64,000 bases of DNA from Eledone cirrhosa (taxonomy: Eukaryota). The stretch spans positions 23,312,001 to 23,376,000 of the forward strand of contig OZ024757.1 in NCBI GenBank assembly GCA_964016885.1, written 5' to 3'. How positions within the stretch are numbered: the stretch's first letter is position 1; every line of letters starts with the position of its first letter. This document shows, piece by piece, positions 40,308 through 53,230 of this stretch. Made by a program: the position numbers and the translations under genes. The notes beneath the pieces were generated by a model that searched no databases, had not been told where the DNA came from, and worked only from the letters and a program-made list of their open reading frames with translations.

Positions 40308-40542
40308 TGAAGGCGTGTAGCTGAATGGTTAGAGAATTGGATTCGCAATCGTGAAGTTGTGAGTTCGATTCCTGGACCAGGCGATGCGTTATGTCCTTGA
40401 GCAAGACACTTTATTTCACGTTGCTCCTTCTACCTGGAGTTGCGACCGATAGATAGTATTAGCAATTGGAAAGACCAACGGAAACATTGTTTCCTCGGTC
40501 CGATTTGACGAAAGTCGATCGCTAGAAAAAAAAAAAAAAAAA
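40308..40542 (+). mobile_element. SINE family C, young, poly(A)-tailed
   Basis: A box tagctgaatgg, B box gagttcgattcc, CORE-like segment, long poly(A) tail, inserted in (TA)n. Confidence 0.85.
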
Positions 40543-40718
40543 ATGTATATATATATATATATACACATATATATACATATACATATGTATATATATATAT
40601 ATATATACACATATATATATATATATATACATATGTATATATATATATATATATACACATATATATACATATACATATGTATATATACACACATATATAT
40701 ATGTGTGTGTGTATATAT

Positions 40719-41050
40719 GCACATGGCTTAGTGGTTAGAGCATTGGCCTTGCAATCGAAAGGTTGTGAGTTCAAATCTCAGACCGGGTGATGTGTTGTTT
40801 CCTTGAGCAAGACACTTTATTTCACACTGCTCCAGTTTACTCAGCTGTAGAAATGAGATGGTAGGACTGGGGTCCATATCATTCCACTGCAAAGTGGTCG
40901 TGTAGGTGCCATGGCAAAAAATCACCCAGCACTCACTGTAAATGAGGTTGGTGTTAGGAAGGGCATCCAGCTGTAGAAATCAAGCCAGAATCAGTCCCCG
41001 TCCCACCCTTGCAAGCAGGGAAAAAGCGGACGTAAAATGAAATGAATGAA

Positions 41051-41054
<4 letters not shown>
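40719..41054 (+). mobile_element. SINE family A
   Basis: Near-identical to other family A copies. Confidence 0.92.
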
Positions 41055-41096
<42 letters not shown>

Positions 41097-41401
41097 CACA
41101 GTTCAAGAGTAACCAATCTTAAAGAGAGAGATGGAGATAGGAGAAGAGATATGAGAGGAGAGATTGGTGAATTAGTTAGAAGCCAACGGCATGTGCTCAA
41201 TGTGCAATATGCAGTAGAAAGCAGCTAGGTGGCTGAGTTCATGCAGAAGTTACGTGTGCAGAGCTGGAAATATTCATTAGTTAAGCAAAACAAGACCACA
41301 AATTTCACAAGGAAGACATTATTAAAAGATTGTCAACATATTTTAGTTTGATGTAAGGAATGTAGAGAATAATAATAATAATATTAATAATAATAATGTC
41401 C

Positions 41402-41521
41402 GTTTACAATTGTTTCGCTACTCCATATAATATTTCTGGATCAGTTGACTATATATCCTAATTGATCTGGTTCAGTTGAACATAATTAACATATTTAAAA
41501 GACAGAGCGGCTCATCGGAAC
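41402..41521 (-). ncRNA. Hammerhead fold with very long stem/loop II and a U4C change
   Basis: gtt CCGATGA gccgctct[~80 nt]ggagtagc GAAA caattG TA aac; palindromic stem III ACAATTGT. Confidence 0.55.
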
Positions 41522-41849
41522 TTCAAAGGAATATAAATTAAAATAATGAGATAATGTTACATAATATAATGTTCCATATATTGGTTTTTACTATGGTGTC
41601 TTGGTAGCATCAGTTGTTAGCCATAATCAAGCAGTATTCATCTGTCGAGGCTGCATTGTGTGAGATCTGCCTATGGGTAACAAAATGGCTGCCAAAGGGC
41701 ATATTTACCTTACTAATTAGAGGGTGGTTTCAGGGGAAGTAACTTCTCGAGAGATTAGAAATTGTGAGTGTTTGTAGTTAAGTGCTACTTTTTAAATTTT
41801 GTTTAATTGAGAGACGGGGTGTTGTGGTACCAACATAACTTTACATTGG

Positions 41850-41919
<70 letters not shown>

Positions 41920-42062
41920 ATGTGTTGTTTCCTTGAGCAAGACACTTTATTTCACATTGCTCCAGTTCACTGGAATCCCTATCATTCCACTGTAAAGTTA
42001 TCCCTGGATACCGTTAAGGTATATTATCCTTGGTTATGTCAAAATTTATAAAACACACTTCG

Positions 42063-42123
42063 TATTTTATCTGATGATAGCGTACCAATATTTTGGTACC
42101 CTTGAAATATATATAATAGAATA
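42063..42123 (+). ncRNA. Type I hammerhead ribozyme fold in a PLE-like terminal repeat
   Basis: tattttat CTGATGA t[ag-c-gtacca atattt tggtac-c-ct]t GAAA tatata TA atagaata; 8-bp stem I, palindromic stem III. Confidence 0.75.
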
Positions 42124-42261
42124 AATATGGTTTTATAAATATAGTTTCCATTTATTTAATATCATTGTATATTATACTCCAGAAAACCTGTAGAGTGCTC
42201 TGAATTAGTTATAAACATTTATATTTGTTGAATTACCAACAAATAGAATAGCCCTTCTGCT

Positions 42262-42351
<90 letters not shown>

Positions 42352-42446
42352 CCAATATATATTTATACACACCCACCAATATATATATATGCATATAAAC
42401 ACACACACACATATATATGTATATTTATATATTCATATATAACCAT

Positions 42447-42480
<34 letters not shown>

Positions 42481-42536
42481 GCATATAAACACACACACAC
42501 ATATATATGCATATTTATATATTCATATATAACCAT

Positions 42537-42587
<51 letters not shown>

Positions 42588-42644
42588 TATAAACACACAC
42601 ACACATATATATGTATGTATATTTATATATTCATATATAACCAT

Positions 42645-42691
<47 letters not shown>

Positions 42692-42707
42692 TGTGTGTGT
42701 GTATGGT

Positions 42708-43056
42708 TCATCATTTTCATCATCATCATTTCATTTTACGTCCGCTTTTCCCTGCTTGCAAGGGTAGGACGGGAACTGATTTTGGCTTGATTTCTACAGC
42801 TGGATGCCCTTCCTAACACCAACCTCATTTACAGTGAGTGCTGAGTGCTTTTTTGCCGTGGCACCTCCACGACCACTTTGCAGTGGAATGATATGGACCC
42901 CAGTCCCTATCACCTCATTTCTACAGCTGAGTAAACTGGAGCAATGTGAAATAAAGTGTCTTGCTCAAGGAAACAACACATCACCCAGGCTGAGAATTGA
43001 ACTCACAACCTTTCGATTGCAAGGCCAATGCTCTAACCACTAAGCCATGTGCCTCC
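42708..43056 (-). mobile_element. SINE family A, full length
   Basis: Reverse complement of 40719-41054. Confidence 0.92.
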
Positions 43057-43105
43057 ACAATAAATATACATATATATGTGTGTGTGTTTATATGCATATA
43101 TATGT

Positions 43106-43172
<67 letters not shown>

Positions 43173-43265
43173 AGCAGGGAAAACGGACGTATGATGATGA
43201 TGATGATGATGATGATGATATATATATAATATATAAGATCAAAAGATGGTTAAAGGAGTTCCATG

Positions 43266-43336
43266 TATTTTATTATCCGCATTTCAAAAACAAACATCAT
43301 CATGCAATAATATTTGTGTTTTCATCAGATAAAACA
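43266..43336 (-). ncRNA. Type I hammerhead fold (left arm of the palindrome)
   Basis: tgttttat CTGATGA [stem II] GAAA tgcgga TA ataaaata. Confidence 0.7.
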
Positions 43337-43434
43337 GGAGGACATGATATGAAGGCTAAAAAACATTTGTGGATAGTGCAGTTTTAAATCAACACTATCC
43401 ACAAATGTTTTTTAGCCTTCATATCATGTCCTCC

Positions 43435-43505
43435 TGTTTTATCTGATGAAAACACAAATATTATTGCATGACGATGTTTGTTTTTGAAATGCGCATAATA
43501 AAATA
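43435..43505 (+). ncRNA. Type I hammerhead fold (right arm of the palindrome)
   Basis: tgttttat CTGATGA aaacacaaatatt..gatgtttgttttt GAAA tgcgca TA ataaaata; stem III palindrome ATGCGCAT. Confidence 0.8.
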
Positions 43506-43628
43506 CATGGAACTCCTTTAACCATCTTTTGATCTTATATATTATGTATACTCCAGTCCTACAAACTGTAGAGTGCTTCTTATCCGATATCTGCATTGCT
43601 TTATTATACTACAATAAAACTCACCTCC

Positions 43629-43670
<42 letters not shown>

Positions 43671-44054
43671 CAAACACACATAAATCACAGCAGAACTGCA
43701 CTCCATTTTGTCTCTTGTACAATACAATAAATTCACAACATGATGACAACACATTGCACATTATTATTACAGATTAATGTTTTATAAGATTGTTTTGTTC
43801 ATATTCTTATTACTATAATAACATTAATAATACCACATGGTTACTTGTAGGATACAAGAGTTCTTTAGTACACAGACATATTAACATTCTTTCAAACTTC
43901 ATTAAACAAACAGAATATCTGGTTGTTCCATTGTGAACAAACTACCACTGAGCAAACTGGAATTACTAGCAGCCATATTGAACTTTTCACTGAACCAGTA
44001 CAAATGATGATCAGCTGCAAATGCACAAGAATAGTTAGGAAGCAAATAAAACTA

Positions 44055-45328
<1,274 letters not shown>

Positions 45329-45415
45329 GTAGGTTATTCCGGGTTGAATCGGAGGTAACCACAGTAAGTAATGGTACTCAATACATTGAAGAGTATAAAA
45401 GTGTTAATATAGATG

Positions 45416-45466
45416 AGATTCTACAGGACTAGAACTGTTTCATTCTTTAGAAATCATCAGGAATCT
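45416..45466 (-). ncRNA. Type I hammerhead ribozyme fold
   Basis: agattc CTGATGA t[ttct aa agaa]t GAAA cag ttctagtc ctG TA gaatct; 6-bp stem I, 4-bp stem III, GUA triplet; lies in an element (45328-~45840) abutting (TA)n. Confidence 0.8.
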
Positions 45467-46329
45467 GGGTATCAAAAAATAAATATGGTATTTATAGGTC
45501 TCTTCAGGTGGTAAGAAGGGTAGGTAGTGGGATGGGTAGAGGTCATTGGTTGATAGAAAAGGGAATTCATTAAAAGCTAATTCTTTAAAGCTATAATTTA
45601 TATTTAGAGTAACAAAGGCAGAAAGAATTCTATAAACAAGTTCAGAATGCGGTGCCACTCCTTATTTATTTTTCTCTTAAGCTAACAATGCCTATATTTC
45701 AGGTGTCTATAAGATCGTTGGGGTCAGTCATGGTTGATAGATTTAAAGAAAAGGGAAATTCTTTAAAAGCTAATTCTTTAAAGTTCTACTTAGTGACAAA
45801 GGCCTAGAGAATTCTATAGACCAGTTCAAACTATTGAGTGCATATCATACCATTATCTTCAAATTTCTCTTAAACTATATTCCAAAAGTCAACAGACACA
45901 TTCACAAACACACACACTCACACTTGTGCGCACCCACACACACACATACATACATGCATACATATATATATATATATAAATATATACATATATACACATA
46001 TACACACATATATATACACATATAGACACACATATATATATGTGATTGTCACAAGGATTGGTCAAAAGTTTGTTGTTGAGATACATAATTCTATCATGGC
46101 AACTATGTGTCTCAACAACAAACTTTTGACCAATCCTTGTGACAATCAATTTTACCATGTATGGAATTACCCCCTGAGAAGCTCGGCTATTCATGTACCA
46201 GGATAAAAATTTTCATTTAGTCCAGAATTAGCCGTCGGAGACCTACTCGTTCCTATATATATATATATATCAACATATATATATATATATGTATATATAT
46301 ACATATATATGCACACATACACACATGTA

Positions 46330-46374
<45 letters not shown>

Positions 46375-46506
46375 GTATATATATATGTATATATATATAT
46401 ACATATATATACACACACATACACACATGTACACACATACACACACACATATATATATATATACATATATACACACATATACACACATATACACACATAT
46501 ACACAC

Positions 46507-46538
<32 letters not shown>

Positions 46539-46739
46539 ATATACATATTCTCAAAAATGTTGTCCAATGGGTCCTGTCAGAACTTACTGTCTCAAATGGA
46601 TCCAGCTGGGTCCCAGAGCCAACCAAGCTCAGGGATGTTAGCCAATCATCATCATCGTTGCTCACTTATTCCTGTATTGTCCCAATGTCTTGGCCCTTCG
46701 TAGCAAAATAAAAGGAATCATTCTTATTATAAGGAAGTT

Positions 46740-46937
46740 AGGGGATTGGCAGTACCTGTAGAGGGTTAGACGCCATGCTTTACAGAATGGAGTTATGGCT
46801 CTTTACGGCCTGAGTTCAAACCCCGTCAAAGTTATCTTTGCCTTTCATCCTTACCGGGTCGATAAAATAAAGTACCAGTAATACACTGGGATAATTGCTG
46901 GCCTTGTGCCTAAAGTAGAAACAATTATTATAAAGAA

Positions 46938-46972
<35 letters not shown>

Positions 46973-47737
46973 CAGGGCGGTGGATTGGCAGTATCGGTAG
47001 AGGGTCGGACACTATGCTTTGAAGCATAGAGTTACGTCCCTTTATGATCTGAGTTCAAATCCCGCCAAGGTTAACTTTGCCTTTCATCCTTACGGGGGTC
47101 GATAAAATAAAGTACCAGTCACGCACTGGGGTCGATTTAATCGACTTTCCCCTGCCCCAAAATTGCTGGCCTTGTGCCTATATAAGAAACCATTTGGATT
47201 GGCAGTATCAGTAGCGGGTCGGACGCCATGCTTTCCAGCATAGTTACGGCCCTTTACAGTCTGAGTTCAAATCCCGCCGAGGTTGACTTTGCCTTTCATC
47301 CTTACGGGGTCTATAAAATAAAGTACCAGTAATGCACTGGGTAATTGCTGGCCTTGTGCCTAAAGTAGAAACAATTATTATTATTGTTGTTATCATTACT
47401 ATTACTATTATTATTATTATTATTATTATTATTCAAATCCCGCCGAGGTTAACTTTGCCTTTCATCCTTACGGGGTCTATAAAATAAAGTACCAGTAATG
47501 CACTGGGTAATTGCTGGCCTTGTGCCTAAAGTAGAAACAATTATTATTATTGTTGTTATCATTACTATTACTATTATTATTATTATTATTATTATTATTC
47601 AAATCCCGCCGAGGTTAACTTTGCCTTTCATCCTTACGGGGTCTATAAAATAAAGTACCAGTAATGCACTGGGTAATTGCTGGCCTTGTGCCTAAAGTAG
47701 AAACAATTATTATTATTGTTGTTATCATTACTATTAC

Positions 47738-47773
<36 letters not shown>

Positions 47774-48055
47774 AATCCCGCCGAGGTTAACTTTGCCTTT
47801 CATCCTTACGGGGTCTATAAAATAAAGTACCAGTAATGCACTGGGTAATTGCTGGCCTTGTGCCTAAAGTAGAAACAATTATTATTATTGTTGTTATCAT
47901 TACTATTACTATTATTATTATTATTATTATTATTCAAATCCCGCCGAGGTTAACTTTGCCTTTCATCCTTACGGGGTCTATAAAATAAAGTACCAGTAAT
48001 GCACTGAGATAATTGCTGGCCTTGTGCCAAAAGTAGAAACAATTATTATTATTAT
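46740..48055 (+). mobile_element. Cluster of three SINE B copies followed by four tandem duplications of the 3' half
   Basis: ttcaaatcccgccgagg recurs at 47266, 47432, 47598, 47770 and 47933 with (att)n linkers. Confidence 0.9.
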
Positions 48056-48361
48056 TGTTGTGCTCTCTTCCCAGCATTTTGTTGAAAGATGGGCGAGAGA
48101 AGCAAGTATGGCCCGAATGAATGGGCCTTCTCTGAGTATGTGTCTGTAAATTAAAGGTGGAAAACTGGGAGAGGGCACTTGCCCTGGTGGTCAGGGCCAC
48201 TGTGGTCTTTTAATGGGCTTTCTCCACAAATGTCCCTCGGAAGTCTCCCCCCTATTGGGGAATTTTTCTTCGATAAGGAAAATATATATCAAATATATAA
48301 GAACCGTAGAGCAATGAAAGCAGCGATTCTTTGCTTAAACTTTAATCTGTTATTTTAATAA

Positions 48362-48402
<41 letters not shown>

Positions 48403-48912
48403 TATTTTCCAATGTAAAGTTATGTTGGTACCACAACATCCAGTCTCTCAATTAAAAAAAATTTAAAAATTAGCACTTAACTACAAACACCCACAATTTC
48501 TAATCTCTCGAGAAGTTACTTCCCCTGAAGCCTCTGTTTTTTTTTACACGCAGAAATGCCCATTTGTACCGTCCTGTATTGTCCTGTACTGTCCTTAATG
48601 TCTACTTTATGTAAACCCTTGTGGTTAATAAAGAAAACATCATTATTGTTGTTATCATTACTATTATTATTATTATTACTATTATTATTATTATTATTAT
48701 CATGAGGTGAGGGAGTAGAGTTATTTTGTCACCTTGAGATCAAAACCACAAACAAAGTCTAATACAACTGCTCTGATATTGTTGTAAAAGCAAACCATGC
48801 CACCCCTAGCTCAAGTGAGTCTAATTAATAATTGTTTCTACGTTAGGCACAAGGCCAGCAATTACCCAGTGCATTACTGGTACTTTATTTTATCGACCCC
48901 GTAAGGATGAAA

Positions 48913-49610
48913 GGGGTGATGACGTCACATACTAGAGATGACTGAGGAAGGAAGGGGTGATGACGTCACACACTAGAGATGACTGAGGAAGGAAGGGGTG
49001 ATGACGTCACACACTAGAGATGATTCAGGAAGGAAGGGGTGATGACGTCACACACTAGAGATGACTGAGGAAGGAAGGGGTGATGACGTCACACACTAGA
49101 GATGACTGAGGAAGGAAGGGGTAATGACTTCACACACTAGAGATGATTCAGGAAGGAAGGGGTGATGACGTCACGCATGAGAAATGACTGAGGAAAGAAG
49201 GAAGGGGTGATGACGTCACGCATGAGAAATGACTGAGGAAAGAAGGAAGGGGTGATGACGTCACGCATGAGAAATGACTGAGGAAAGAAGGAAGGGGTGA
49301 TGACGTCACGCATGAGAAATGACTGAGGAAAGAAGGAAGGGGTGATGACGTCACGCATGAGAAATGACTGAGGAAAGAAGGAAGGGGTGATGACGTCACG
49401 CATGAGAAATGACTGAGGAAAGAAGGAAGGGGTGATGACGTCACGCATGAGAAATGACTGAGGAAAGAAGGAAGGGGTGATGACGTCACGCATGAGAAAT
49501 GACTGAGGAAAGAGGGAAGGGGTGATGACGTCACGCATGAGAAATGACTGAGGAAAGAAGGAAGGGGTGATGACGTCACGCATGAGCAATGACTGAGGAA
49601 AGAAGGGGGG
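48913..49610 (+). repeat. Two-tier minisatellite: 6 x 41 bp then 10 x 45 bp, each unit (bar one) containing TGACGTCA
   Basis: Units ggggtgatgacgtcacacactagagatgactgaggaaggaa and ggggtgatgacgtcacgcatgagaaatgactgaggaaagaaggaa. Confidence 0.95.
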
Positions 49611-50100
49611 GATGATAAACTACAGAAAATGGCATTTAAGATTCACTACACTTGAGTCTACTATCTACATACACACACCTTCCTTCCTGAATCATCTCTA
49701 GTGTGTGAAGTCATTACCCCTTCCTTCCTCAGTCATCTCTAGTGTGTGACTCTAATTAATAATGTGATCCCTCATGGCCACAATGTGGCTAATATGGAAA
49801 TGGAAAAGGTCAATAAGTATGCAGACCTTGCAGGCGCTATAAGAACTTAGCACCATGTAGAGACAGAAATCTTGCCAATCGTCATTGGGACGAGAGGCAC
49901 ATTCCCTAACATCTTTCATCAAAAGCCTAGGGACCTTCACTCCCTAGGCAGTGCCCATATCTCTACCATCACTTACACTGCCAGAATTCTACACAATATA
50001 TTGAGCCTCTGATATCAGGGACTGATTTGAGGCCAATTAACATGTTTCACCTAGCAACCAATTGATAGAGAAACCTTATAAAAAAGGAAAAAAAAAACAA

Positions 50101-50138
<38 letters not shown>

Positions 50139-50281
50139 GCTCATTTAGCTAATAACTTGATGAATGGATTTGACTCTAACGATAATGTTTAATTCCCAGA
50201 AATAATGGCTGTTAATTCTTTCTAAGCTTTCATTTGATTGCAAATTAGGCTTTTGAGGGTGCAAAGAAATATACATATATA

Positions 50282-50325
<44 letters not shown>

Positions 50326-50341
50326 CTCACACATATATGTA

Positions 50342-50402
<61 letters not shown>

Positions 50403-50450
50403 GGTGTATATCTATATATACACCTTTTCACCCTCAAACTTTGTATATAA

Positions 50451-50489
<39 letters not shown>

Positions 50490-50542
50490 TTTATATACAA
50501 AGTTTGAGGGTGAAAAGGTGTATATATATATATATATACACC

Positions 50543-50635
<93 letters not shown>

Positions 50636-51159
50636 TATTTATATACAAAGTTTGAGGGTGAAAAGGTGTGTGTATATATATATATATATAATATATATAT
50701 ATACACCTTTTATATATATATATATATATATAAAGTTTTCATTTCTCTTGTTTTCTGTCTGAATGAGAAGACAATGTAAATTATTGTTGTGAAACATCTC
50801 ATCAGAAAGATGAAATATTTTACGATATGATAACATAATAGCCAGATATTCTCCAGATAATTGTTCTCTAAGATTATCTCATGAAGGTCTATAGTATTTT
50901 ACTAATGAAGTGTTAATAAATATTGAAGTAAGTCTTTTGCGAATATTACTAACATATTGAAATCATAGCAAATAAAGAGAGAAACTATTAAAAACATTAA
51001 TAATGCTTTTGTGATTTCATTCAGACCGTATCAGTGAAATCTTGACACGAAATGGAAGAATTGTATGACTGAGTTTATGACTACAGATAGAAAACTATCG
51101 TTGTTGTTATTTTCTGTATTTTACAGGCTGTCCCAAAAGTCACTACACTCTTTTATATA

Positions 51160-51536
51160 TATACAAGATTTTTTTTCAACATGCTCAAGTGTAGGTGAAT
51201 CTTAGATGCCGTTTTCTGTAGTTTATCATCCCCCCCTTCTTTCCTCAGTCATTGCTCATGCGTGACGTCATCACCCCTTCCTTCTTTCCTCAGTCATTTC
51301 TCATGCGTGACATCATCACCCCTTCCTTCCTGAATCATCTCTAGTGTGTGATGTCATCACCCCTTCCTTCCTCAGTCATCTCTAGTGTGTGACGTCATCA
51401 CCCCTTCCTTCCTCAGTCATCTCTAGTGTGTGATGTCATCACCACTCCTCCCTCAGTCATCTCTAGTGTGTGACGTCATCACCCCTTCCTTCCTCAGTCA
51501 TCTCTAGTATGTGACAGACAGACAGAAGTCACTCAA

Positions 51537-51550
<14 letters not shown>
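51160..51550 (-). mobile_element. Helitron-like 5' region carrying the same 41/45-bp repeats (inverted relative to 48913-49660)
   Basis: Minus strand atatataaatttgagtgacttc(tgtc)n, then 5 x 41 bp and 2 x 45 bp units, then gatgataaactacagaaaa shared with 49611-49657. Confidence 0.6.
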
Positions 51551-51577
<27 letters not shown>

Positions 51578-51580
51578 GTA

Positions 51581-53230
51581 TACAGGGTGTAACTGGTAAA
51601 TTGGGACAAGTTTCAAAATGGGTATATTTCTAATTGTATAGATTTTGTTGGAGTCTAAATTTTAAATATTACCAGCTTGAATAATCATTTGTACTATTTT
51701 TGACTTCAGATTGAACAAATTATTAATGGTTATAAAGAATTAATCCGTAAAAGTGTAATTGCTTAATTATTCCGCGCCAGCAAAAGTAATGGGGAGATTG
51801 TTTTTAGAGTTGTAGCCAATTTTTAAAAAATCAGAATGTTCAGAGAAAGCTATCACAGTGACTGAAAACACACACGCACTTCTTAGCAGGACTTAAAAAA
51901 TTGATTGAGTCGACCCCATCAAAATCGATGGCAAAGTTGTCTCAAGATAGAGAATCAGTAAAATGACTTCCATATGAAATCATACATGAGAAAACACTGT
52001 AATGTCCTAACTACCCTCTCCCAAACCCTTCAAGCTGAAAGAAGTCCAAAACTTCTTAGTCATATGAAACATCATGGCCGAGACGTCCGCCTCTTCGTGG
52101 ATGAAAAGAAGTTCATGGTAGACAAAGTTGCAAACCATTAAAACTCACGAGTTATAGCGTACAACCCTTCCCAAGTTCCTTCATCATCATCATCATCATC
52201 ATCATCATCGTTTAACGTCCGTGTTCCATGCTTGCATGGGTTTGGACGGGAGTTTTCCCACTTGAGGCAAGAGTGGTTGTCTTGCTCGCATAGGACTGTC
52301 TGGCGGGTTTTCTACAGTTGGATGCCCTTCCTAACACCAACCACATCTACAGTGTGGGGCTGGGAGGTTTTTACCGTGTTGCCTACACGGTCACATTACA
52401 GCGTGGACTGTCTGGCGTGTTTTCTACAGCTGGATGCCCTTCCTAACACCAACCACATTTACAGTGTGGGGCTGGGAGGTTTTTACCGTGTTGCCTACAC
52501 GGTCACATTACAGCGTGGACTGTCTGGCGTGTTTTCTACAGCTGGATGCCCTTCCTAACACCAACCACATTTACAGTGTGGGGCTGGGAGATTTTTGCCT
52601 ACACGGCCACATTACAGCGTGGACTGTGTGAGCAAGAATTTAGCTTCCAACATGGCCTTTGGAGCTCTTGCAAGTGATTGGAAATTGATGCCTCCTCATT
52701 TTATTGAAGTAGTCTTAAATTCAACACAGCAGAGTATCTCAAAATCTTAGAAGTTTTATTGCCTTGGATTAGGAAGCATTACGATGCAAGTCAAGTCATG
52801 CTTGTACAGGACTCCACGTCTGCTCATTCTTGGAGAAGAGTGCAAGGATTTTTGGAGACAGAATTGCCCATGTTTGTCCCTAAAGATATCTAACCCTCTA
52901 GCTTGCTAGATTTGAATACATGTGACTTTTGGCTATTGAGCGCAGCTGAAGCAATATCCAATGTGACTTCTCACAACTTTGTGTCTTCAATAAAGGCTTC
53001 AATCAACTGAGCATTCAGTAAAATGAAAAAGGAAGAAATAGTTAAGGCATACGCATCATTTCGTAAACGGATTGAACTGGTAAAGAAAGTAAATGGGTCA
53101 CGTTGAACTGAAGTAAGTGCAAAACACTCCACAATAAATTGGCATAAATATAAAAATTGCAGTGTTTGATTTTTCTGAGTTATACCAAATATAATAAAGA
53201 TATTTAAATGGTCCCAATTTACAGCCTGTA
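51581..53230 (+). mobile_element. Decayed Tc1/mariner-superfamily DD37D (maT-type) transposon
   Basis: TIRs tacagggtgtaactggtaaattgggac / gtcccaatttacagcctgta; transposase remnant FVDEKKF...LMPPHF...VQDSTSAH-(37 aa)-DLNTCDFW with stops and frameshifts. Confidence 0.85.
52181..52630 (-). mobile_element. RTE family 1 3'UTR insertion with three copies of the 112-bp unit, inside the maT transposase
   Basis: 112-bp period at 52320, 52432 and 52544; (cat)n tail. Confidence 0.9.

Larger units (their letters stand above)
43226..43545. repeat. 153-bp-arm inverted repeat (14-nt spacer), inverted PLE-like terminal repeats
   Basis: 43226-43378 is the reverse complement of 43393-43545 with two mismatches seen. 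Confidence 0.95.

Noticed and set aside
43880-44014. Minus-strand acceptor with CTAAC branch point (ttgcag at 44015-44020)
   Set aside because: No convincing donor or recognisable frame; compatible with chance
46595-46645. Twister-like ggtccca..gcc motif
   Set aside because: Could not form P1 or the two pseudoknots, and the UAA cleavage-site loop is absent
48913-49610. CRISPR array or 15-aa repeat protein
   Set aside because: Units are contiguous and near-identical with no variable spacers; the ORF is a by-product of the 45-bp period
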